A stretch of DNA of 64,000 nt from Macrostomum lignano (GCA_002269645.1 NIVC01000317.1:248001-312000), one strand, 5' to 3'. Counted from the stretch's first letter, positions 1 to 11,537 are shown. Program-made: numbers and translations. Notes: generated by a model from the sequence alone, not told the origin.

Positions 1-1683
1 CCACCTCGCTCCCTACTACCGCTATTAAATATACAGGTTACTAACAAACTACTGTTCAGGCTCATTGAAGTTATTGCTCTTGTCTGCCTAAATAGAAAGG
101 TAAAAATACAAAATAGGAGTTTCCATCGTCACAGTTGATGTCTATGTACTCGTATGCCATGGAATGGCCCTTCCCATCTCATTGGCCAAACAAGCTAAGT
201 GTTTACAAGCTAAATGGGAAAAGACTGAGACATCCATAATCGTATAGGCTTAGGTTCGCCTATATATACTTAACCCAAAAGCCTAACTCTGCTTAACGGA
301 GTTTGGCCATGACAGCGTGAACTTGACAAGCTGCATTGGAATTAATTCACTTACTTTTGGATCTCCCAATGAACTGGGAAATATATAAGCCAGAATTATC
401 GTTCAGAAGTTCTTTTATTTGCTCAAAACTTGGCTCACTGGACATTCCCATTTAAATTTGCGTGTCTTCATTCGCAGATCAAAAATCAAGCATCTCAAAC
501 TGGGAGAAGCGATACAAAAGCGTCAGAAGTTAACTTTATAATATTTTCATATTCAAAGAAAATTTTGTTAAACTAGATGTTAGATTGATGAACTGCATAA
601 TTTGTATAGATTTTGTTTTCGAACTTTTATACATATGAATAAGCGTCAAAATATTGGACTAAAAACCGGTGTAGTGCATGCGCCCTTGTCAGTTGGCAGG
701 GCGCGTTGCACTTTGGGGCTGGTTGGGGGGGGGTTGGCGGGCGTGGCAGGGTCTGGCCGCCGGCTGGGCTTTGCGCGTGCCCCTCCCCAGCCGTGCCCCT
801 GCCCCGTGCTCAGGGCTGGTTGGCTGCGGCTGGGCCAGCTTTGGCGCGGGTGCAGCCCCTCCCCCCTAGGCGGGGTTTTGATTGGCGGCCATTCTCTATT
901 TTTGTTGGGGTAGCTTGCTTGGGTGGGCTTAGCCGGTGGGGCCATCGGCCCCAGGGTTTGGTTATTATTTAATGCGGCTCTGGGCCTTGCTCACGCCCTT
1001 CGCGCTGTTTTCTCTGTTTGCTCTGTTTGTTCTGTTTGTTCTGTTCGTGCTGTTTTGTGTTTTGAATTGGTGTGCTTGGAGAGTACAAGTGCGAGACTAG
1101 ACGGTTAAACAGCAATTCTAGCTATTGAATACGAGAAAAGAATCAGAAGAGCCTTAAGAAGAATCTTGGAAGTTAGAACCTGCACTGTACAACGAGCGAA
1201 TCAATAAACGTAACGGCGATTTGGCCACTGGTAAGCCGCCTGCTGCTTGAGTTCGTTCTTTTCTGGGAGCTTGTTAGGCTGAGTTCTTGCCAGAGCGTCA
1301 TAACGCCGGGAGATCATATAGCTTTTTGTAGTATTGTACCATCTACTCTATATAGTGTGTACAACCTACAGTATTGAAACTAGAAGCACTCGAGAGTGTC
1401 ACCACACCTCAAGTCGCAGCGTGAACTCGGAGTGTCACAACACCAGAGGGATCGAACTATTATCGCAGAGCGTCGTCACGCCTGCTCGTATTCATAAAAG
1501 TACAGACATAGCGTCACTACGCCTGTATATTACGTATAATATATATTGTACTCGGGACTGTGCACCCAAACCGACCCGAGTTACAACTCGACTCTTGAGC
1601 ATCAGGTAGCGTTCGACACTCTAAAGAAGTTGTGTTCGACTGAAGTTCTCGCTCTGCCAGAGTTTAACTCTGATCCTGCTGTG

Positions 1684-2493
1684 AATTTTTTCCTCGACAA
1701 GGATGCCTCAGATATTTGAATAGGCGCTTGCCTTGGACAACTGCAATCCGACGGCGTCAAACGTCCAATTGCATTCTTTAGCCGTAAACTTCGCGATCCC
1801 GAGAAGCGCTACATGGTCACGAAGAAAGAGCTGCTTGCAATTGTGGACGCTATGCGACATTTCCGTCATTATTTAATTGGCAAGAAGTTTGAAGTTCGAT
1901 CCGATCATAGGGCCTTACTGTGGTTACTGAACCAGACTCAGGCCACGGGTATTTTAGGCCGCTGGATTGAACGCCTAAGCGAGGTCCGCATCCAGCTCAA
2001 CCACCGCAAAGGCAAGGACCACGCCAACGCCGATGCCCTGTCAAGAAGACCGGAGGCGCCGCCGATCTTCAAGCATGGCCGACTGCTAGAGCAACCTGGT
2101 CCTGTATCCCAACCCGGTGCGGACGACAGCATCAAGTCTGAGCGCCGTCATGACCTGGAACCGGATTTGGACTCAACTCCTGAGGCCACTGCCAGAACAG
2201 CCCTCCCGAAGACTGTCCACCCTCGCAACTTGGAGGCCGAGACTGACCTGGACGAAGACCTGGAAGCCACCGCGCCAGCAGCCTTCCAACAGGACGCCCA
2301 CCGCTGCAGTCAACGCCTGGAGACCGGCTTGGACGACAACCAGAGGCCACTGCGACAACAGCTCTCTGCAGCGATGCCCACACCGACTGCCGCTACTTGG
2401 AGACCAACCTGGATGAAGTCCTTGAGGCCACCGCCGACGCAGACCTTGACAACACCCAAGACAACAGGTCTAGGAATATGGAGACGCCCATGA
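1684..2493 (+). pseudogene. pol: Gypsy element A: degenerate pol, RNase H region plus low-complexity linker
   Basis: Reads FLDKDASDI*IGACLGQ...RPIAFFSRKLRDPEKRYMVTKKELLAIVDAMRHFRHYLIGKKFEVRSDHRAL...RWIERLSE...HANADALSR, the Ty3/Gypsy RT-RNase H motifs. In-frame TGA near 1718; RT domain absent. Confidence 0.9.
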
Positions 2494-2711
2494 ACCAAGA
2501 TTCAAAGGCCACCGCGCAAGCAGCTCTTCTGATGACGGCCCACAACGCAACTCCAGGACAGTAATCTAAGTACAACCCCTCTGAGCTTTTCGCTGAGATC
2601 TCTCGCCATGTTGAGAGGGGCCAGAATCTCGCGCCAGCTGCAAGGTCGAAGCTCTGTCCCCCGGGCCGACAGACAGCTGCTCGTCGCCTGGTCGGAAAGT
2701 CGAGTACTCCT

Positions 2712-3714
2712 TTGCGACGCCGCCCAGTGCAGGAGAAGACTCACTTAGTTTTGACGACGACTGAGCCGACAGCTACGGCTGCCTGCGACGAGGCCTACTT
2801 CACGTGTGGCACCTTGCCCTACAGCCAAGAGTCGCCTGGGCTAGGCAGTGGAGGCATGTGCACTGCTCCATCTGCAGAATTTTCTGTCAAGAGAGCGACG
2901 AAGAAAACTTCGAAACGAGATCAACGGACGTACGCCGACGTTGTGAGACAAAGTCCCTCGGAGCGACCTAATCCTGACGCCGACAAGACGGTGGTGTGTG
3001 ATCGACCTGGAGCCACTGAAGCGGAGACTGCAGAAATCCGGAATCCACAGCCATGCCACGCCGGGCTCACTGATTTTCTGAAGCTGCCGATGACTCGCCG
3101 ACAGTTCGTTGACGCCCAGCGCGCTGACCAAGCCATCAGCTACGTGCTCAACTTGGTCGAGAACGAAGCCCCGAAGCCGGAGTTCGACGCCCGGTTGCGA
3201 CTGACAAAGGAGCAGCGGAATCTGCTCGGATACTACGAGAACCTGCAGGAGGACAACGGCCTGCTGCTGATTGACCTGTCCGATGGCCAGCAGCCGCCGA
3301 AGGTTGTTCTGCCTGAGGCCCTTGACGCCCAGGTGCTCCAGGACCTCCACAGTTCGCCACTGTGTGGACACCTCAGCGAGACGAAGACGCTACCCAAACC
3401 CAAGAGCCAGACGAGACGAACTAGTCGTCCATCGCCGGAACCTTCTGCTCGTGCCTGACGCTGACTATACGAAGACTTTGGATCCCAAGGTCGACAAGCC
3501 GAAGCGCCGGCGACCGCCTGACGTTCCCGACAGCGCAGGACCCGCGACCCTGACACCGATCCCCGAGGACGACCAGGACGATCCCGACGACGATGATGAT
3601 GACGGCTATGACGCAAGGCCGGCCTTCCGATGGCACTTCCAGCCTTTGGCGATCCCGGAGGTGAAGCCCGGAGGTCACGACACCAGCGAACCAGGCAAGT
3701 GCACTTCGGTTTGA
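2712..3714 (+). pseudogene. pol: Gypsy element A: integrase N-terminal H2C2 start fused to post-integrase tail (DDE core deleted)
   Basis: KVVLPEALDAQVLQDLHSSPLCGHLSETKT (start of the integrase zinc-binding domain) breaks off near 3392 and joins, in another frame, ELVVHRRNLLLVP, a typical Gypsy C-terminal motif. No DDE core in between. Confidence 0.75.
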
Positions 3715-3855
3715 GCCAGTGCTGTATGGTGAATGTCATTTGCGTGAGCCTGTTCTTAATGCGTCTACGCCTGTTGCTTCTTTTCCGCCCGTTTCTGCTC
3801 CCGCCCTTCGTGATGCTTATTCTGTGGTCCGGACCCCCGGGCCGTCGCTATCCAC

Positions 3856-4039
3856 TGTTGTGTGTGGCTTGTGTGCTTTAATAGTTACTCTCGCGATTTC
3901 GTGTACATCTAAGTACACTGGCCTCCACCCCTTCTATGTACAGTGAAGTTCTCAACAATATATATCGGTTTTTACCCAGTGTCTAGGTCTAAGAGTTTTC
4001 TCGCTCGCTCGCAAACATGACTTGGCATTTATCATAACA
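3856..4039 (+). repeat. 5' LTR of Gypsy B
   Basis: Direct repeat of 23098-23281, TG...CA termini, followed by a PBS. Confidence 0.93.
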
Positions 4040-4079
4040 TGGCGTCGCAAGTCTAAACTACCTATCCAGTCTGGCAAGA

Positions 4080-5113
4080 ATGGAAGGATTGAGGCCGCCA
4101 GAGCCTATGGTTTTCGACAACAATAGGGTGGACAACTGGCGAAAGTGGATCAAAGCGTTCGATTTTTATATGAAAGCTACAAAGAGAACTGAAAAAACAA
4201 CGATGTGAAGGTCGCCATTCTGCTAACCGCCCTCGGATCCGACGGTCAAGATATCTACTCTACATTTCCTGCAGACAAAGTAGCTACGTACGACGAAGTA
4301 GTCGAGGCATTCAAAGACTACTGCGAACCTCTGTCAAATGAAACATTTGAGCGCTACCAGCTCCGAACAACAGTGCAAGGAGAAACTGAGGACTTCGACC
4401 AGTTTGTCAGCTCCCTCCGTCAGATCATCAAACGCTGCAATTACAGCAAGCCAGCTAACGAGGAGACAATCGAGAACAGCGTCCTTCGAGACCAGATCGT
4501 CATCGGAGTCAACGATCCAGCTCTGAGGGAAAGATTTCTGCGAGAGACGAAGCTGACTTTGGATCGCGCCATCCAGATGAGTCGAGCATCCGAGACTTCG
4601 AAGCGGCAGGCTCGGACCCTGGCCACTGCGCAGATCAGCCGAGCAGCGCCTGCAGCCGCGCCAGCGTCTGTCGATGCAGTGCAAAACCGAGCCAAAGCGA
4701 CAGTCGGCCACGCCAGATCGGCTCAGAGCTGCGGATTCTGCGGACAGCAGCATGAGCGGCGCAAGTGCCCGGCCTACGGTAAGACCTGTAATAATTGTGG
4801 TCGCACGAATCATTTTTCGTCCGTGTGCCTCTCAGCGAAGGTCAACGAGCTGGTGGAGGACTCCAAGGCTGACTGTGCCGGCGATGCTCCGGCAGCAGCA
4901 ATCATGACGGTTGAGAAGCCGAGTGCTCGCCAGCCCAAGTTGCAAACAGATCCCTCGTCAATGATGGTCTGCCTGTCAGTCACGGACTCTGGAAGAAAGC
5001 TGCACTTCAAGGTAGACACTGGGGCGGATGTTAATGTGATTCCTCTGAGACAGCTGATCCAGCTCGCCCCAGCAGCAGCAATTGAGCCTACGTCTTGGAC
5101 ACTGACAACCTAA
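4080..5113 (+). pseudogene. gag: Gypsy B gag-protease
   Basis: MEGLRPPEPM...NWRKWIKAFDFY start, frameshift near 4200, two zinc knuckles (CGFCGQQHERRKC, CNNCGRTNHFSSVC), aspartic protease FKVDTGADVNVI, in-frame TAA at 5111. Confidence 0.9.
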
Positions 5114-8100
5114 AATAAGCAGCTGTTGGACGTGATCGGCACCACGTACTTGACAGTGTCATCACCCTGCCGTAAGAATGTCAGACTTCAGTTTGTAGTC
5201 ATCGGCGAGAGCTCTACACCGATTATCGGATGGAAATCAGCAATTGAGGAGCTTCAGTTAGTCAAGAAACTATTTGCTGTGCAGAGCCAGAGCAGCAGCA
5301 TCAGCAAAGTGCAAAAAGAGCAGGTGTCAGAACTCACAGCCTCTCAGGTGAAAGCCGCATACCCTGTAGTATTTAACGGTTTTGGATGCATAGAGCAACC
5401 GTACACCATCCGGCTTGCTGACAACGCCGCGCCGAAAGTGCAGCCTCCTCGCAAAGTGCCGTTCGCTGCGTATCAACCACTCAAATGTGAGCTCGAAAGA
5501 CTGGAGAAAGAAGGCACCATTGGGCGAGTTGATGAGCCGACACAATGGGTCTCGAATGTGGCCATCGTCTGGAAGAAGGACGGATCCATGCGGCTGTGCC
5601 TGGATCCGACATACCTGAATAGGTTCATCGTTCGTGAGTACCATCCAATTCCGACTGCCGAGGAGGAGCGAGCTGCGACTGCTGGAGCCATCCTGTACAG
5701 CTCATTCGATGCGAACGAGAGATTTCATCAGCTGAAACTCGACGACGAAAGTTCTTTCCTGACGACATTCCACACACCATTTGGCCGATATCGCTGCAAG
5801 CGCGTGTCGTACGGTCTTTCGTCAATCCCGGAGGCCTTCCAGAAAATAATGGAAGAGAACGTCACCAACCACGTGAAGAGCACCAAGAACTTCTTTGACG
5901 ACATCATCGTTTGGGGCAAGACTATCGAGGAGCATGATCGGGCAGTGCGAGAGCTCCTGGAGCAGTGCAAGCAAGCCAATGTGACGCTGAATTTACAGAA
6001 GATGCGAGTTGGCGTCCAAGAACTCAAATACCTGGGAGATGTGCTGAGCTCTGAAGGATTGCGTGCTGACCCGATGAAAATCAAAGCAATCAAGGAGATG
6101 ACGAGGCCAAATGATGTTGAAAGCCTCACGTCAAAGAAGGAGCAGCTTCGCAGATTTCTCGGCTGCGTCACGTATCTGGCCATGTTTTGTCCACATCTGT
6201 CCACCACTGCAGAGCCCCTTAGACATCTGCTAAAGAAGGAAGTTATCTGGAGTTGGACGCATCAGCATGATGAGGCGTACGATGCAATCATCACTGAGCT
6301 CTGCTCAGACAGAGTGTTGGTCACATTAGATGTCACCAAGCCAGTCACCGTGCCTGTAGATGCCAGTAAGAGCGGCATTGAGCTGTGCTGCTCCAAGAGG
6401 ATCGTCCGGTTGAGTTTGCGTCGTCGGCAATGACAAGTGCTCAACAGTCTTATGCTCAAATTGAGAAGGAGCTCCTAGCAATTGTCTACGGCTGTAAGAA
6501 ATTTCACCGCTACCTCTGGGGCCGCACTGTCAATGTTCAAAGCGACCACAAGCCACTACAGGCCATCTTTAAGAAGCAGCTCTGTGACACCACGCCGCGG
6601 ATCCAGCGTCTATTGCTTCAGCTTCAGCCATACGACATCCGGGTGAGGTACACCCCACCCCAGGAAAGGAGTTGTACGTTGCCGACACGCTGAGCCGAGC
6701 TCATTCATGGACAGACAGACAGCTTGACACTTTTGCTGGAGGAAGCTTTAGATGGACAAGTGTTGGCTTTAGAGCGGTGCTTCAGTGGTGACCATGAGAT
6801 CCTGGACATGATCAAGAAGGCTACGACAGCAGATCAGACAATTCAGCGTCTACAGAGTATAATTTTAGCCGGCTGGCCAGAGCAAAGAGCGCGGTTGCCT
6901 GAAGATTTGAAGGCATTTTAGGACCTTCGGCACGATCTGACTCTCGTATTAGGACTGTTGTGTTTAAAAGACCGCATCTACGTTCCAGCTGGCAGTGCCA
7001 GAAGCTCCATCCTCAGCATCCTGCACGCTGGACACCCGGGGATCGTCAATATGGACCTTAAAGCCAAAGAATACTTCTACTGGCCAGGAATGCGCAACTG
7101 CATCGAGCGGACTGTTAGCCAGTGCGAGGCCTGTCAGCGGAACATGAAGGCGCAGTCGGAGGCTCTGATGACCATTGATATGCCTGAGTTCCCGTTTCAA
7201 GTTTGCTCTACCGACCTGTTCGAGTACCGCGGTGCAACCTATTTGGTGTACGTGGACGCCTACAGCCACTGGATGAGCGTCACCCGACTGCGCTCGACGA
7301 CCTGCAACGCCGTGGTGCAGGTGCTCCAAGACCATTTCCAGAACTTTGGTGTGCCTGAGAAGCTCATCAGTGATAACGGTCCGCAGTTCTCGGCCGGGGA
7401 ATTCCACCAGTTCATCAAAAGATTTCAAGTGGAGCACCGCACGTCGAGTCCAACCTACCCGCAGTCGAACGGCAGAGCAGAGCGATATGTGCAGACAGCC
7501 AAGAATATGATGAAGAAGTGTCAGGAGACTGGTCAGAGCCTGGTCATGGCCCTTCTGCACTATCGCAACACGCCAGTCGGTAGCGGCTTTCCAAGTCCCG
7601 CAGAGATGGCGTTCGGCCGCAAACTCCGGTGCGATTTGCCTACAGCGGTGCAGGATCTGCGGCCTCGGGAGACCCCCGTGCACGCCAGCATTGAAGCCTT
7701 TGAGAAGCAACGGACCCAAGCAGCTCAACTCTACAATCGCGGTGTCCGCGCACTGCAACGCTTGAAGGTCGGCGAACCGGTCTGGCTTCAATGCGGTCGT
7801 CGAGATTGGGCGGCTGCCGAGGTAGACAACGAAGTTGACGGCAGCCCAAGGTCCTACTGGCTTCGCACCGAGTCGGGACAGCTACTCCGGCGTAATCGGC
7901 GGTTCATCCGGCCTCGTCAGATTGGCGTTCCGTTCTATGAGAGCTACCCGGAGGCCGGCGAGGATGGCGAGATGGAAGCGGATGTGCAGCCGGCACCTGA
8001 GCAGAGGGCACCTGTGCAGCCGGCACCTGTGCAGCCGGCACCTGTGCAGCCTGACCAGACGGAGAGCTCCGGTTCGGAACAGCCTGGATTCCGAACCAGG

Positions 8101-8184
8101 CGAGGTCGACTCGTACAACAGCCAAAGCGATACCAGGCCTCGTGGGTGAACCAACCCAGTGAACTGATAATTGATTGCGATTGA
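5114..8184 (+). pseudogene. pol: Gypsy B pol (RT, RNase H, integrase)
   Basis: RT: LCLDPTYLN, FHTPFGRYRCKRVSYGL, FFDDIIVWG. RNase H: DASKSG, YAQIEKELLAIVYG, SDHKPL. Integrase: LHAGHPG...CEAC, STDLF, SDNGPQF, NGRAERYV. Frameshifts near 6380 and 6670, stop near 6919. Confidence 0.93.
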
Positions 8185-8259
8185 CTGTATTGACTGTAAT
8201 GGCGTATTGGCCGTTATACTATAATTGCGAGAAACTTTATTGTTGGTATATTCCTTGTT

Positions 8260-8990
8260 AGTAGAATGCATGAGGGGGCTTCTGGGACAAAATTTTTCAC
8301 GTCCTCCATAATCCCATTAAATCCATCTATATTATCCCCCGACAGAATCAGAAAAAAGGGGGGTCGCACTTACTCCAAAAACTTCGAACATAATCCCATT
8401 AAATCCATCCATATTATCCCTGACAGAATCAGAAAAAAAGAGGGAGTCGCACTCGCTCACAAAACGTCCTCCATAATCCCATTAAATCCATCCGTATTAT
8501 CCCCGACAGAATCAGAGCATAAAAGGTGTCCTACTTGTTCCGAAAACTTCGAACATAATCCCATTATAATCCACTGACATCCAGTGGATTATAATGGATG
8601 TCAGAGCATTCCCATAGCATCTTCGAAACAATCAGAAAATAATCTGCATTCTTCTCCCCACATTCAATTCGCAATTCGCAACGCATCCCAAAGACTTTAA
8701 ATCCCCTAACCCAGGGTCCTTACCCTTTGAAAAAAAATAAATTTTCTCTAAAAATGTTTCCAGTTGTCTCTCCAGGTTCTTATTATACTCAGCCTCATCC
8801 ATTGTACAAATCCAAGTACCAATGCAAACTAGAATGCAGCGAGTACATGAGAAAATATTGGCCCGACGTTGATATTAATGTCCCTAATATTAATCTAGCA
8901 CTTAAATCTCACTGGTTTGAAAAACATGCAGTAGTCATTGACGATTTTGACAGCTATTATAACTTTGCTGAAGTTATAAGGCAGTTGTAG
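8260..8990 (+). repeat. Left TIR of the Polinton (contains 82-bp subrepeats, a hairpin and a small ORF)
   Basis: Reverse complement of 22219-22956. Subrepeat ATAATCCCATTAAATCC... at 8308, 8390, 8473 and 8555. 16-bp perfect hairpin 8561-8597 (CCATTATAATCCACTG-acatc-CAGTGGATTATAATGG). Confidence 0.93.
8754..8990 (+). CDS. 78-aa hypothetical protein encoded in the left TIR
   Basis: MFPVVSPGSYYTQPHPLYKSKYQCKLECSEYMRKYWPD...; paralogue at 22219-22458 keeps an open frame and similar residues despite nucleotide divergence. Confidence 0.65.
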   Translation: MFPVVSPGSYYTQPHPLYKSKYQCKLECSEYMRKYWPDVDINVPNINLALKSHWFEKHAVVIDDFDSYYNFAEVIRQL

Positions 8991-9196
8991 TAGCCAACTA
9001 GAAGGTTGTACCCTGTAGAGTGCAGACGCAAGATCTAAAAATACTGACAAAATCATGTGCAGCATATAGCGGCTCGTATTAGTTACATTTGTAAGCGATA
9101 GCTTACTGATAGTAAAGCTATTTGAACATGGCGCGAATTCCTCACATGGTGGACTAGAAAATGTCGCTATGTGCAAGGGCGCATAAATAGCAGTTC

Positions 9197-9320
9197 CACT
9201 CAGCTGGCTAGAGGTGGAGCCGACCTCGTGTGGCTATGACTGACTGACGAGGGCAAACAAGCCCGAAACCGGTCTCAGTCTGCCCCGCATGGTTCGATTC
9301 CCACTGATAACATGATTTTT
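9197..9320 (+). promoter_or_regulatory. Pol III type 2-like A and B boxes bracketing the ribozyme
   Basis: tRNA D-arm-like CACTCAGCTGGCTAGAG (9197-9213), B box GGTTCGATTCCC (9291-9302), first T5 run at 9316-9320. Confidence 0.5.
9227..9291 (+). ncRNA. Type I hammerhead ribozyme
   Basis: GACTGA-CTGACGA-GGGC-AAACAA-GCCC-GAAA-C-CG-G-TC^-TCAGTC. Intact core (CUGANGA, GAAA, GUC); stem II 4 bp; stem I 6 bp, extendable to 9227/9291; minimal palindromic stem III (ACCGGT). Predicted cleavage after 9274. Confidence 0.88.
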
Positions 9321-9470
9321 ACGAACTTTCGTAAAAATCATGTGCAGCATAAAGCGGCTCTCAGTGGTTACATGATTTTCACGAACTTTCGTAAAAATCA
9401 TGTGCAGCATAAAGCGGCTCTCAGTGGTTACATGATTTTCACGAACGTTCGTAAAAATCATGTGCAGCAT
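9311..9470. repeat. 60-bp tandem array of 32-bp palindromes
   Basis: CATGATTTTTACGAA-CT-TTCGTAAAAATCATG at 9311, 9371 and 9431 with identical 28-bp spacers; a degenerate half copy at about 9046-9088. Confidence 0.92.
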
Positions 9471-9534
9471 AGAGAAAAAAAGCTTGCCCAGCTCAAGGAT
9501 TCCTTAACTAGCTCAAAGGATCCCTCGCCTAGCT

Positions 9535-10035
9535 TCACAAACGCCCATTTAGTTCCTTGTTTAAACCCCCAGTCTTCTCAACCCCCAGCTCTTTCAGCAG
9601 AACTCCTAGTTTTTTCCTTGGCGCGTGCAGTACAAAGCCCACCCCGCCCTCTCTCCCCGTACACCCACCCCCGACGCACACCCCCAACCCCAGTTTTGTC
9701 TTACCAAAAATAACCGCCTTGACTAATTTCCTAGCAATAGACTCGCGAAATCCGCTTGAAGCCCCTATATTGTCTAGTCTCCTAAGCATTTATTTGTCCC
9801 AACGATTCTTCTCCTCAGGAAAATCTCTATATTTAACATCGTGCCACATGCAGACAGAGTCTAGCTCGTTCACAGGCTCGTGCCCAGGATTTGGATTATT
9901 GTTTTTATCCAACTGAATTTCAAGTGGATTCAAAGGCCCACAATATTTGTACCCGGTAACTGTCCAGCCTTTGTTTGGATGAGGAAGCTTTTCTATCAGT
10001 CCATATGAATCTAACTTACCACCAGAGCGTTGCAT
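9535..10035 (-). pseudogene. Parvovirus VP1u-type phospholipase A2 (PLA2X-like)
   Basis: GYKYCGPLNPL...GHEPVNELDSVCMWHDVKY (Ca-binding loop and HDxxY). One in-frame TAA at 9790-9792 separates it from MLRRLD...KTKLGLG. Confidence 0.82.
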
Positions 10036-10065
10036 TATTTTATTTAAAATTTTCTTTTTAAAAAA

Positions 10066-11040
10066 ATGACAGATCAGAAACTTAAAAAACTCTACTACAG
10101 CGACAAAGGATTCTTTGTAGAAAAAAATGCAGTCACCAAACTCGCAGAACTAAGTAAGGAACCAAAAGCTACAGTAGAAAAGTGGCTCTCTAAGCAGGCT
10201 GTCTTTCAAGTCTATTTCCCACCAGTAAAATTTACAAGACCTCACTTTAGCATCTATAAACCTAATGAAGCGCATCAAGCAGATCTTTTGTTTCTCCCCA
10301 ACGACTCAGGCTACAAGTATGCTCTTACAATTATAGACATTGCTTCCAGATATAAGGAAGCTCGCCCACTCAAGACGAAGAAGTCAGAGGTTGTTGCCAG
10401 CGCACTGCAAGAGATCTATGAAACCTCTCCTCTAACCTATCCAGAAATGTTCATGGCCGATCAGGGTAAGGAATTCTATGGGGCAGTCAAATCCATTATG
10501 GAAAAGAAAAAGACAAAAATTCGCTATGGAAGAACTGAGCTCCACAGAGACCAAGCGTACGTTGAGAGATTCAATCTAACTCTAGCCAAGAGACTATTCA
10601 CTAAGCAGACAGCGCAAGAACTCAAACTGAGTGCGGGGCAGTACTATACAAAATGGACAGACCGCCTCCCCACTGTTATAGAGCAACTGAACAATGAAGT
10701 CACGCGCATGACTGGATTGAAACCATCCCATGCAATTAAACAAGACACTGTCGAACTTAAGTCATCTCATAAAACAGACACCTCAAACTACCCTAAGCTT
10801 AGTTTAGACAAACTCTGAGTTTCTACGCTTTTTATATCGACCTGGAGAGCTAGAGAAAGACACCAAAAGAAGAGCTACAGATCCAGACTTCAGCCTTGAT
10901 GTACATAAAATAGACAGACATTTTACCTCCGACTCCGGTGACTATTACTTTTTATCTCAGGCGTTTAACCCTAAATCCCCCACGCGGTCATTCACTAGAG
11001 CTGAACTCCTAGTGATATTAGCCGACACAGAAATTAATTA
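10066..11040 (+). pseudogene. Polinton rve-type integrase
   Basis: HQADLLFL, LTIIDIASRY, MADQGKEF, QAYVERFNLTL. Frameshift near 10815, after which LRFLYRPGELEKDTKRRATDP...RSFTRAELL completes the C-terminus. Confidence 0.9.
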
Positions 11041-11057
11041 AAATATTAAAATAAAAA

Positions 11058-11537
11058 ATGACAAAGATTGAAACCAGAACCATCAATAAACTCAATAAAA
11101 TCATTGAATCAAAGAAACCAGGTCTTATATCAATTAAAGGTATCAAAGTAAAAATCGATCCCATACAGCAAATAGTTCAGTGTAATGAGCAAACACACAG
11201 CATCACAGATGAAAAGTCAGGAGGAATCCTGCCATTAGCAGCTCTTATCCCAATCATTGCAGGCGCTGTAAGTGCCGCAGGTGGTGTAGCTGGAGGTGTA
11301 GCAACTGCTGTTAAAGCTGGTAATGATAGAGCCCATCAGCTAGAATTGCAAAAGATTGCAAGAGACAAAGGTATAACAATTAAGGCAGAAGAGGGCTGCC
11401 CTGAGGGCTACCCTGAGGGCTGCCCTGATTGTGATGGTCGTGATGATTGTGAGCATGAAAATTCTATAAGCAAGTCTGACATTGTCAAAGCCATCATGAC
11501 ACTGCACAATGCTGGGTTTACAATAATGCGCATGTGA
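11058..11537 (+). CDS. Adenovirus protein X (mu precursor)-like virion core protein
   Basis: KSGG-ILPLAALIPIIAGAVSAAGGVAGGVATAV resembles the adenoviral pX segment MRGG-ILPLLIPLIAAAIGAVPGIASVAL (recalled, not aligned by tool). Confidence 0.6.
   Translation: MTKIETRTINKLNKIIESKKPGLISIKGIKVKIDPIQQIVQCNEQTHSITDEKSGGILPLAALIPIIAGAVSAAGGVAGGVATAVKAGNDRAHQLELQKIARDKGITIKAEEGCPEGYPEGCPDCDGRDDCEHENSISKSDIVKAIMTLHNAGFTIMRM

Noticed and set aside
670-1585. Possible LTR or solo LTR upstream of Gypsy A
   Set aside because: TGTA...TACA candidates and an AATAAA exist, but there is no TSD and no second copy in the window.
6964-7791. Long antisense ORFs (also 2841-3371, 4334-4813, 20191-20733)
   Set aside because: They are shadows of GC-rich pol or capsid coding sequence on the opposite strand and carry no motifs.
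9190-9310. Functional tRNA gene
   Set aside because: A and B boxes are present but no acceptor or anticodon stems form, and the T stem is weak; the interior is the hammerhead.
9311-9470. CRISPR-like array (32-bp palindromic repeats with 28-bp spacers)
   Set aside because: The spacers are identical, there are no cas genes, and the context is eukaryotic-viral; it is a tandem repeat.
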